Origin: a virus
Lineage: Duplodnaviria > Caudoviricetes
Reading direction: 5' to 3' (one strand)
DNA length: 31,900 nucleotides
Virus record (IMG/VR): IMGVR_UViG_3300025018_000389
Span: 1-31,900 of that record
Shown here: positions 17,432 to 25,621 of the stretch, one piece after another
Layout: every line of letters begins with the position of its first letter
Numbering within the stretch: the stretch's first letter is position 1
Made by a program: the position numbers and the translations under genes
The notes under the pieces: model-generated
What the model saw: only the letters and a program-made list of their open reading frames with translations
Told to the model about the DNA's origin: nothing
Databases searched by the model: none

Positions 17432-18580
17432 AAAAAAGACAAATCTTTACGACTTTTTATAAACAGTAACGCCCCTTGGTCTATATCAGGATACGGTCAA
17501 CAGATGGCGGAGCTTGTGCACCGTGTGCGAGGTGAGGGCTATCCACTTGCAGTATCTGCATTCTACGGTCTTGAAGGTGGGATACTGAGCATGAATGATA
17601 TCGTATATTATCCAAAAATAAATCACGTATATGGATCGGATTCACTTGTGCACCATGCAAAAGACTTCAACGCTGATATTGTGTTCACTCTTCAAGATAT
17701 ATGGATCCTTCATCCGGACGACTTGAAACAGGTAAAAAAGTGGATACCCATTGTGCCTATCGATCATGAGCCCGTGCCACAACAGATAATAGACCGACTA
17801 AAGATGGCATATCGTATCGTGACATACTCTAAATTTGGATATGAAGAGCTAAAGCGTAATGGACTACACAGTACATATATCCCACACGTAGTAGATACAA
17901 AGGCATATGCGCCGCAAGATAAGAAGAAAAGAAAGATTGAAGCGGGGCTTCCAGAGGATGTATTCTTGTGTGGGATGGTATCTGCTAACAAAGACAATCC
18001 ACCTCGTAAGTCATTTCAGGAGGCAATGGAGGCATTCAAGATGTTTCTTGAGAAAGTGCCAAAGGCAATGCTGTATATTCATACATTTCCCGATTTCCCC
18101 GGTGGATTCCCGATTAAGGAGTTTGCACAGTTTCTCGGTATAAAGGATAAAATTATATTTCCGAACGAATACCTCATGAACTACAAGTATGGGAAAGAAC
18201 AGATGTCAAATGTATACAACACATTTGATATGCTCCTTTGTCCTTCTACAAATGAGGGATTTGGAGTTCCTATTATTGAGGCACAGTCATGCGGAGTGCC
18301 TGCAATAGTCAATAACTTTACCTCAATGCCTGAACTTGTGAAAAATCACATAACGGGTGAGATATGCGATATCGGATACAAAAGGTATGATCAGCTCGGA
18401 TCATATGTTGCGACACCTGATGTAAAGTCACTCTATGACTGTATGATGAGGATTTACCAGTCAAATAGAGAGAAAATGAGCATAGCTGCAAGAAAGCATA
18501 TTATAGAAAATTATGACTGCGAGACGGTATTCAAAGAAAAGTGGATTCCATTTCTTTCACGTCTTGAAGAAGAGGTGTAA
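17426..18580 (+). CDS. GT-B fold glycosyltransferase (GT4-like)
   Basis: SGYG, RKS and PSTNEGFGVPIIEAQSCGVP (E-x7-E). Start at MSKKDK. Confidence 0.92.
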   Translation: MSKKDKSLRLFINSNAPWSISGYGQQMAELVHRVRGEGYPLAVSAFYGLEGGILSMNDIVYYPKINHVYGSDSLVHHAKDFNADIVFTLQDIWILHPDDLKQVKKWIPIVPIDHEPVPQQIIDRLKMAYRIVTYSKFGYEELKRNGLHSTYIPHVVDTKAYAPQDKKKRKIEAGLPEDVFLCGMVSANKDNPPRKSFQEAMEAFKMFLEKVPKAMLYIHTFPDFPGGFPIKEFAQFLGIKDKIIFPNEYLMNYKYGKEQMSNVYNTFDMLLCPSTNEGFGVPIIEAQSCGVPAIVNNFTSMPELVKNHITGEICDIGYKRYDQLGSYVATPDVKSLYDCMMRIYQSNREKMSIAARKHIIENYDCETVFKEKWIPFLSRLEEEV

Positions 18581-18662
18581 AAAATATATAATGTAAGTGC
18601 AGTATACGGGACTGCCATATTGTGTTTAAGAAGGCACTGAAACTATTATCAGTGCTTTTTTT
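18564..18662 (+). promoter_or_regulatory. Repeated late leader, copy B, before the neck/tail block
   Basis: TTGAAG-17-TATAAT; GCAGT-atacggg-ACTGC-CA; AGAAG; GCACTGA/TCAGTGC stem followed by T7; ATG 18669. Confidence 0.8.
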
Positions 18663-18668
18663 ATACCT

Positions 18669-18977
18669 ATGGCATTATTACTCACAACTCCTTTAGTTTT
18701 CGATTACTCACGTATTGGAACAGTGGCTGGTACGACTACAATTTCTGAGGAATCATACTACCTTCATTCTTTGACAATAACCCATCGCGCGGCGTCAGGT
18801 CAATTTATTCTCTACGACAGTGCGGGAACATCAGGTACTGTAGTCGGGACAATCGTGCTTGGTACAAATACAACAGACGATTCACAATCTTCATACGTTT
18901 TGGACGTTCGAACAAAGAATGGTCTAACAATTGCGAATACAACTAACCTTGGTTGTGTCGTATCAGGAGGAAGATAA
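18669..18977 (+). CDS. Small virion structural protein
   Basis: T/G-rich beta-type sequence with 6 GT dipeptides. Confidence 0.65.
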   Translation: MALLLTTPLVFDYSRIGTVAGTTTISEESYYLHSLTITHRAASGQFILYDSAGTSGTVVGTIVLGTNTTDDSQSSYVLDVRTKNGLTIANTTNLGCVVSGGR

Positions 18978-19031
18978 TGAACGTCACGATTAAAGTAAAA
19001 CCAATCAAAATATCAATTTCTAATAAAAAAA

Positions 19032-19454
19032 ATGGCTGATGTAATATACAACAGTTTCAAAAAACAATTACTTAATGCAGGTATAAACTTTGGGACAAGC
19101 ACGGTAAAACTAATGCTTGTTACATCGACATATACTCCAAACCAAGATACTGACGACTTTCAAAACGATGTCACAAATGAAGTGGTCGGGACAGGGTATG
19201 TAGCAGGAGGAACCGCGCTTGCAAGTGGAACCGTGACACAAGATGATACGGATAACGAAGCCGTCTATGATGCGGCTGATGTCACATGGGGAACCTCGAG
19301 CCTTACTGCACGAGCTGCCGTTCTGTATAAAGATACTGGTGTCGGATCGACAAGCCCACTTATTGCATATATCGACTTTGGATCTGATCAGACATCATCG
19401 ACTGGTAATTTCACAATTCAATGGAATACAGAGGGAATTATCAATTTAGGATGA
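19032..19454 (+). CDS. Virion structural (tail/fibre-associated) protein
   Basis: TNEVVGTGYVAGG...DAADVTW...ARAAVLY...LIAYIDFG, a pattern familiar from phage structural proteins. Confidence 0.7.
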   Translation: MADVIYNSFKKQLLNAGINFGTSTVKLMLVTSTYTPNQDTDDFQNDVTNEVVGTGYVAGGTALASGTVTQDDTDNEAVYDAADVTWGTSSLTARAAVLYKDTGVGSTSPLIAYIDFGSDQTSSTGNFTIQWNTEGIINLG

Positions 19455-19458
19455 CGTA

Positions 19459-20232
19459 ATGGCGAACATTTCCTACAATCAGACAGGCTTTACATACAAC
19501 GAGCAGTATTCTTCCTATCATGGATTCAAATCAATTGATAACTGCACGACATACAACGAGATTGGGCTCTCATATAACGAGATCGGATACCCATATCATG
19601 GAATATGCAACATAACGATACTCCCTGAATCGATGGATATGACGATTAGCCTCCCCGATTCTGATATAGTATTTGTCGTCACTTTTCAAGCAAATGTACT
19701 AAATCTACTACTTTCTCAGCCGATAGCAGATATTTCAACAACAAGTAATGTATCTCTATCGCCGAGCGCACTTTCACTTGTGCTTTCTCTCCCCGCATCT
19801 CAAGTATCGCTTCCCAAGCTCGTCTCGGTAAACCCGCTGACGCTCACGCTTTCAACGCCTTCAAGCACGGTTGAGGCAATACGCGATGTATATCTCTCAC
19901 CCGATGTGCTAGCTCTTTTACTAAGCCTGCCACAGTCCAGTATTGAAGCAATCCAAAACTTAAACATATCTATTATTCCGAGGATGTCAGGAGCGGAAGT
20001 AAAACCACATTTATTTGTACAGGATGTTGCACTCAAAAGCATGATTACGTCAGTAAAGCTTGTGGTCAATGCGGCGGCGACTAATTCTCGTATTTATGAT
20101 CAGGGATTTACGTACAACGAGGCGGGATATACATACAATGACATGGCACTTTCTTATGAGGGTATATACGGAGACCAATACGTAAAGAGGGCTCCACAAA
20201 TAGTTAAAAACATTAGACCAATATTTTCATGA
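19459..20232 (+). CDS. Repeat-containing structural protein
   Basis: Y(N/D)xxGxx heptads at both ends and about 21-23-aa LxLxLSxP repeats centrally. Confidence 0.65.
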   Translation: MANISYNQTGFTYNEQYSSYHGFKSIDNCTTYNEIGLSYNEIGYPYHGICNITILPESMDMTISLPDSDIVFVVTFQANVLNLLLSQPIADISTTSNVSLSPSALSLVLSLPASQVSLPKLVSVNPLTLTLSTPSSTVEAIRDVYLSPDVLALLLSLPQSSIEAIQNLNISIIPRMSGAEVKPHLFVQDVALKSMITSVKLVVNAAATNSRIYDQGFTYNEAGYTYNDMALSYEGIYGDQYVKRAPQIVKNIRPIFS

Positions 20233-21368
20233 TATTAAAAGTACAAAATAATCTCGACCAACAAGCATTGTATAGCTACTCATCTGTCAATATTTCCTCT
20301 GGCGGGACAACGGTACCAGTCAAGAATATAAATGCATTTACGACACAACATGCGGTGCAGCTTGGTAAGACTGGCGAAGAGCAAGCAGAGATTGTGCTAC
20401 TTGCATCAGGCGCTCCATCAGGAACCGCTCTAAACACAGCGGGAACACTTAGATTTGACCATGCAATAGATACCCCCATTTATGACGTAAATTACAATCA
20501 AATAATTTTCAAGAGGTCAACGTCAGGGACAGCAGGGACGGCAACAGGTATCGCCACCGTAAGTATCACTCCTGATTCGCAATATACAGAGTACGATGAT
20601 ACGTCAGGCGCAACGACATACGCTTACATGACACGATTCCGAAACTCTGCAACAGGTAGTGAGTCGTCAGACTCGGATTGGTTTGTACCAGGCGGGCCGA
20701 CATTCTACAGCAAGGCAAAACTTAGAAACAGAATAAAAGAAAGACTATTTGATACGGGATACATCAAGTCAGACGATGTAATAGATGACTGGGTCAATGA
20801 ATGGCTCGAAGAGATGAATACGGCAGCGGTCAAGGTAAATAACGGCTACCTTCTCGGTACAACAACTGTCGCGATCGGAACAACAGGACTTGGCACAATC
20901 ACTGCGTCAGACTTTATGTATGCAGAAAAGATTGAAGTGACTGGTGACGGAATCAACTATACACGCTCTACTAAAACAGACATGACACGATTCGATGATA
21001 ATACATCATTCTCTGGCGCAGATCCTTATCATTCTTGGCAGGGTGATAATCTCATCCAATTCTTGCCAAAAAGTATTGGTGGAACAGCTCAGATAATATA
21101 CTCAAAAGGTCATGCAATCCTTGACGAAGAGGGTGACGAGCTTCCATATCCGATGCGAAGATATACGCGCGGATTTATCGAGTACGGACTGTACTGCGCT
21201 TACGACAATGATGAAAAAGCAGACACGTCAGACAGGCACTACTCGAAGGCTCAAAAGATTAAGTCGGACTTTATTAACGAAATTACTCCACGAGACAGAA
21301 CAGGAATACAGATGATGGATATAGATGAGGCTGTATCTGGCTTTGACTCAGGAGAAGAATATATATAA
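20229..21368 (+). CDS. Putative head-tail adaptor with N-terminal extra domain
   Basis: C-terminal half LRNRIKERL...IDDWVNE...ELPYP resembles adaptor proteins. Position fits. Confidence 0.55.
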   Translation: MILKVQNNLDQQALYSYSSVNISSGGTTVPVKNINAFTTQHAVQLGKTGEEQAEIVLLASGAPSGTALNTAGTLRFDHAIDTPIYDVNYNQIIFKRSTSGTAGTATGIATVSITPDSQYTEYDDTSGATTYAYMTRFRNSATGSESSDSDWFVPGGPTFYSKAKLRNRIKERLFDTGYIKSDDVIDDWVNEWLEEMNTAAVKVNNGYLLGTTTVAIGTTGLGTITASDFMYAEKIEVTGDGINYTRSTKTDMTRFDDNTSFSGADPYHSWQGDNLIQFLPKSIGGTAQIIYSKGHAILDEEGDELPYPMRRYTRGFIEYGLYCAYDNDEKADTSDRHYSKAQKIKSDFINEITPRDRTGIQMMDIDEAVSGFDSGEEYI

Positions 21369-22780
21369 TGGCACAACAATACTTTAATTTAGGAGGAATA
21401 AACACATACATCAATCCGCTTCTCAATGACGGATCACTGATCCATAGTGTCAATATGGATTCATCCCCATTTGGCGCAAAAACAAAAAGAAGTGGGTATG
21501 TGTCTTTTCTTGGGACTCCTGATACATCACAAGTAAACTCGCTTTTTTCATTCGATAAAAATGATGGAACTACACAGTATTTATACAGAAAATCAGGAAC
21601 ACTCCTGTATTCTAGCTTTCAGGGAACAGGAGCATGGACTCTCACTGGAAATGGAACAGTAGACGCATCATCATATGTCGGCAATACAATACTGAATAAC
21701 ACGCTCATTGTCGGAGATGGAGTCGGATCTACAAGATATACGACAAGCGGGACAGCATTCACAAATGGCACGCTTGCTCCTGTTGCTCCGTTCTTTGAAG
21801 AATATCAAGGGCGCATATATGCATCTGGCACGTCTTCATCTCTCTTTTACTCAACATCAAACGACGCAACAAACTGGAACACAAGCGGGACATCTGATTC
21901 GTCATCTCTACAGATACCAGGTGCGGGAAAGCTTTCGCGCATATTCAAGGCTCAGGATAAGCTCATTGCGACAAAAAATAGCGGGATCATGAATAAATGG
22001 GACGGATACGCACGCATTGATATGTCAACAAACTATGGCCCATCGAGCCCATACTCTGTTGCGCGAACTGAGGACTATTGGTTCTTTGCCAATCAGTATG
22101 GCATTTTTGGTCAGGGCGGTGGTAAGCCTCAGCTAATATCTAATCCAATTCAGAGGCAAATATACAATGCGTCAGGGTCAGGGATTGTGGGGACTATTTT
22201 CCCTACTCTTCAAGCAGAATGTCATAAATATGACTATCTACTTGCAGTCGGGAGCATAACAGATGATTTTGTCGGACGAACAATCAGTAATGCAATCATA
22301 AAATACGACTATCAAAAGAATGAATTTTTGAATTATTCATTCGCAAATAACCCCACTTCTTTTCACTCATATACAGATACAGGCAAAGAAAGACAGCTCA
22401 TATTTGGAGATGCAAGCGGTCAGTGCTACAAGATCGCGGGAACTGCAACTACCGATAATGGTGCAGTTATCGCATCTGAAATGATCTTTGTCTATCACTA
22501 CGGATCACCAGAGTATGAGAAGAAATGGAACTGGTATAGGGGGATATTCAATCCAGGATGTCAAGCACGGGTACAAGTCGCATGCGTAAACACATATCAA
22601 GACGTTGACACGCTCCCGTGGAAGGATCTCGGAGATTGTACGCGTGGAGTATGTGAGTATCGTTTCCCCGCAGGAAGTAAATCGAATTTATTATTTGTTC
22701 GCATCACAGAGTCAAGTAAGAACGCAAAGTATACGTATTATGGGTGCGCTCTTGATGCGGCAGTTGATGTCAAATCATGA
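21368..22780 (+). CDS. Putative tail nozzle/stabilisation protein (beta-propeller-like)
   Basis: FNLGGINT N-terminus, beta-rich, follows the adaptor as in podoviruses. Confidence 0.6.
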   Translation: MAQQYFNLGGINTYINPLLNDGSLIHSVNMDSSPFGAKTKRSGYVSFLGTPDTSQVNSLFSFDKNDGTTQYLYRKSGTLLYSSFQGTGAWTLTGNGTVDASSYVGNTILNNTLIVGDGVGSTRYTTSGTAFTNGTLAPVAPFFEEYQGRIYASGTSSSLFYSTSNDATNWNTSGTSDSSSLQIPGAGKLSRIFKAQDKLIATKNSGIMNKWDGYARIDMSTNYGPSSPYSVARTEDYWFFANQYGIFGQGGGKPQLISNPIQRQIYNASGSGIVGTIFPTLQAECHKYDYLLAVGSITDDFVGRTISNAIIKYDYQKNEFLNYSFANNPTSFHSYTDTGKERQLIFGDASGQCYKIAGTATTDNGAVIASEMIFVYHYGSPEYEKKWNWYRGIFNPGCQARVQVACVNTYQDVDTLPWKDLGDCTRGVCEYRFPAGSKSNLLFVRITESSKNAKYTYYGCALDAAVDVKS

Positions 22781-23061
22781 ATGATCTAGGGCTTGATATA
22801 TTCTTGCAACCGAAAAACTCCCCGATTGTCAATAATCAGATAATTACCTCTTCATATGATTTTGACGGTCAGTATGAGCGAAATAGTGTGGGGAATAATA
22901 AGATAGCATTTTTATCAGCGGATAAGATCGCGTCAGGTACGGTCATTGTGGGATTAAATTTGGGATCTTCAACAAGTGGATATGTACTACTTGATGGGGC
23001 AAATAATAGAATAGTTGTCAATGATGGGACGACAAATAGAATAGTTATTGGGAGCGTATAA
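22777..23061 (+). CDS. Small tail protein
   Basis: SADKIASGT and NRIVVNDGTTNRIVIG beta-repeat tail motifs. Confidence 0.6.
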   Translation: MNDLGLDIFLQPKNSPIVNNQIITSSYDFDGQYERNSVGNNKIAFLSADKIASGTVIVGLNLGSSTSGYVLLDGANNRIVVNDGTTNRIVIGSV

Positions 23062-23064
23062 ATT

Positions 23065-23421
23065 ATGGGAATGACAATGAGAGTATCCCTACCAGGGTAC
23101 GACTGTTTAACTGATACAACTATCGATAATTACTCGATATATGCAGATACGGACAATATTCTTATCAAAGAAAAGACAAGGGGGACGATAAGCGTTGCAA
23201 ATATTGCAAACGGCACAATCGCTCATAGTTTGGGGTATATTCCACTATATTTTACATATTGCCAAGTCTCATCGGGAAGATATCGACTATCAACATATAG
23301 AGATTTGCTCGGAGACACATGGAGAACGTATGTAGATACCTCAAATCTATACATACAAAACAGGCAGGGAACAGCCGGTACAGCGGTGAGATATTATATT
23401 TTTCATGACGAATTAACATGA
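23065..23421 (+). CDS. Tail protein, paralog 1
   Basis: MRVSLPGYD...TIAHSLGYIP...RYYIF. Confidence 0.65.
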   Translation: MGMTMRVSLPGYDCLTDTTIDNYSIYADTDNILIKEKTRGTISVANIANGTIAHSLGYIPLYFTYCQVSSGRYRLSTYRDLLGDTWRTYVDTSNLYIQNRQGTAGTAVRYYIFHDELT

Positions 23422-23813
23422 CCGAAACTATTAGAGTATCAAAGCAAGGTGTCGATGTTTTGGGTACTGCTGGGACAGTTCCCAACAATACTATAGTTGA
23501 TACTAATCTGAATACGTTTAAGATTCTTTCGCAGGGTACTGTTGCGTTGTCATTTGGAACAGCAGGTGGCACAACAACCATCGCGCATGGACAAGGTCAA
23601 ATAATTTCTGCATACGCATTTTTTAAATTTTCGAGTGGATATGTCACTCTGCCGGCACAAGGAGACAAAGGAACTGCATCAGGAGGTGATTTTAGTGGTA
23701 TATGGGATCTGGAAATGGATTCCACAAATTTATACATGGTATTTGGGGCATCGTCTTCTGTAAATTACAATGGAACAGCAAAATATTTAATATTTGAAGC
23801 CCCAGCATCATGA
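23418..23813 (+). CDS. Tail protein, paralog 2
   Basis: IRVSKQGVDVLGTAGT...TIAHGQG...KYLIF. Confidence 0.65.
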   Translation: MTETIRVSKQGVDVLGTAGTVPNNTIVDTNLNTFKILSQGTVALSFGTAGGTTTIAHGQGQIISAYAFFKFSSGYVTLPAQGDKGTASGGDFSGIWDLEMDSTNLYMVFGASSSVNYNGTAKYLIFEAPAS

Positions 23814-24259
23814 ACCAAATAATTAGAGTGTCGAAGGATAATATTGATGTACTCGGTACTGCAGGTACTGCACCAAACAATCTGAACTACTCATCTGACT
23901 ATAATACACTAAAATACTATGCGGATGGAACACTACAAATAGTGGTGAATAGAGCCAACTATTACGGCACAGCCGCGGCATTCCCGAGTGGTACTGCATA
24001 CTACAATATCGGGTATGGAACAGTAACACATAATCTTGGATATTATCCATTCTATACAGCATTTGTGCAGTCGGGGACAACTGGTCAGTGGAATATGGCT
24101 CCACAATTTACTGGCGATTCAGGATTCTTCTCGAGGCATGAGGCTTTTGCAGGAACATCAAAACTTGAGTTTCAATTTCACTTTAATACAACATTTAATA
24201 GTGGATTTTCAACTGCAGATTTTAAATACAAAATATTCAGAAACAATCTTGGTTTGTAG
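23810..24259 (+). CDS. Tail protein, paralog 3
   Basis: IRVSKDNIDVLGTAGT...VTHNLGYYP...KYKIF. Confidence 0.65.
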   Translation: MNQIIRVSKDNIDVLGTAGTAPNNLNYSSDYNTLKYYADGTLQIVVNRANYYGTAAAFPSGTAYYNIGYGTVTHNLGYYPFYTAFVQSGTTGQWNMAPQFTGDSGFFSRHEAFAGTSKLEFQFHFNTTFNSGFSTADFKYKIFRNNLGL

Positions 24260-24260
24260 C

Positions 24261-24358
24261 TTGAAGTAATAGACTAAAAACAATATAATATAACTACCAG
24301 ACATACGGGGCTGGCATACGTGATAAAGAAGACACTGTAATTACAAGTGTCTTCTTTT
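24261..24358 (+). promoter_or_regulatory. Repeated late leader, copy C, before the ejection proteins
   Basis: TTGAAG-17-TATAAT; CCAG-acatacgggg-CTGG-CA; AAAGAAGACACT/AGTGTCTTCTTT stem; ATG 24363. Confidence 0.8.
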
Positions 24359-24362
24359 ATAC

Positions 24363-25334
24363 ATGGCAGGACTCAATGTATCTCAAATAATAGATCGTGC
24401 AAAACAAACTGGCGTCAATCTCTCGAACGAACAAGCAGATGGGATCCTCAAGCAGACTTTTAGCCAAAGCATATACGGCGCAGATCCTGGCAAAGTAGAT
24501 GCATTGATCCGCACAAATTATTCAACACCTTCATACGGGTCATCCAATCAATCTTCAGGTGGGGGCTTCTCATCAACAAATACTTCAAATCCTCAATCAT
24601 ATATCGACGCTGCAATGGCTTCATATAAAAAAGCAAATGAGCCAGCAATAGCAAACCTCAAAGCCTCAATTCCTGAGCAACAAAAAGCATTCTCGAATGA
24701 GCGCACGAGACTTCAAGGACAAGAGGGAAGTATCAAAGATAGATATACAAATCTAATCGACTCAATAAAAGGAAATCAGAAGCTCTCAGAAACTCGCCAG
24801 ACAACAACGACAAATAATGAACTTGCTCGTCGTGGAATAACAAATGATTCAGGTGTGTATGAGCAAGAAATGACAAATACTCTCAATCCGATAACTCAAC
24901 AATATACAGGACTCGCAAAGGATGCGGCAATTTCTCAAGAAGCAGACCTCAAAGACTTGTCAGGTCGTATCACGGGGCTCACTGATCAGGAGAGCGCAGC
25001 AATTCGGTCAATCCTCGGCAATATCGCAGGTCTTGAATCAGGTGCAGGAAATAATGCAGTATCGACGGGACTCAATATGTTTTCACAAGATAGATCACGA
25101 GAAGACAGCACAAGAGCAATGGAAGCAGAGAAGGTACTACAAGAAGCAGATCGAGCATTCAAGGAAAAGCAATTTAATGAAAGTATCAGGCAGTTTAATA
25201 CGCAAGAGGGACGGCTAGGTAAGGCCACAGCAACCGACCCATTCGCATATCTTAAATCGGGGACAACTGTAAATAATAAGCCACTAACATCAAAGCCAAC
25301 ATCGAAGCCAACAGTTTATCAGTCGAGACAATGA
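24363..25334 (+). CDS. Putative internal virion/DNA-ejection protein
   Basis: Q/S/A-rich helical protein with LARRGI..SG and QFNE..RQFN motifs. Position fits. Confidence 0.55.
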   Translation: MAGLNVSQIIDRAKQTGVNLSNEQADGILKQTFSQSIYGADPGKVDALIRTNYSTPSYGSSNQSSGGGFSSTNTSNPQSYIDAAMASYKKANEPAIANLKASIPEQQKAFSNERTRLQGQEGSIKDRYTNLIDSIKGNQKLSETRQTTTTNNELARRGITNDSGVYEQEMTNTLNPITQQYTGLAKDAAISQEADLKDLSGRITGLTDQESAAIRSILGNIAGLESGAGNNAVSTGLNMFSQDRSREDSTRAMEAEKVLQEADRAFKEKQFNESIRQFNTQEGRLGKATATDPFAYLKSGTTVNNKPLTSKPTSKPTVYQSRQ

Positions 25335-25351
25335 AGAATTAAAAATTAAAC

Positions 25352-25397
25352 AAAAAAAATACGCCGCTTATTTCTTGCCAGAAGCAGCGACGTATTT
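25352..25397 (-). terminator. Hairpin with minus-strand U-run (antisense-oriented terminator)
   Basis: AAATACGTCGCT...GGCA loop...AGCGGCGTATTT followed by a T-run on the minus strand. Confidence 0.55.
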
Positions 25398-25410
25398 AAA
25401 TTCAATCAGT

Positions 25411-25620
25411 ATGAATAGTTTACCACATTTCGAGTATAAGAAACAAGTGTACTCTAACGAAAACAAAATGATAAAGCAATTAGAAAAGATAAACGTTTCT
25501 AAAGCATGGAATTTATTGATAAAGCGATTATTGATTGAGGGATCGCCTTATATATGGTTTCTTTTTACAGCATTAGTTTTAGGAAAAATTATTATTTACG
25601 TTTTTAATTCAATAAAATAA
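25411..25620 (+). CDS. Small protein with C-terminal TM helix (start uncertain)
   Basis: YIWFLFTALVLGKIIIYVF in an AT-rich insert. Stop lies immediately before the next ATG. Confidence 0.4.
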   Translation: MNSLPHFEYKKQVYSNENKMIKQLEKINVSKAWNLLIKRLLIEGSPYIWFLFTALVLGKIIIYVFNSIK

Positions 25621-25621
25621 T

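Noticed and set aside
18977-19039. 20-aa mini-ORF MNVTIKVKPIKISISNKKNG bridging two structural genes
   Set aside because: Too short to support. It may only serve translational coupling.
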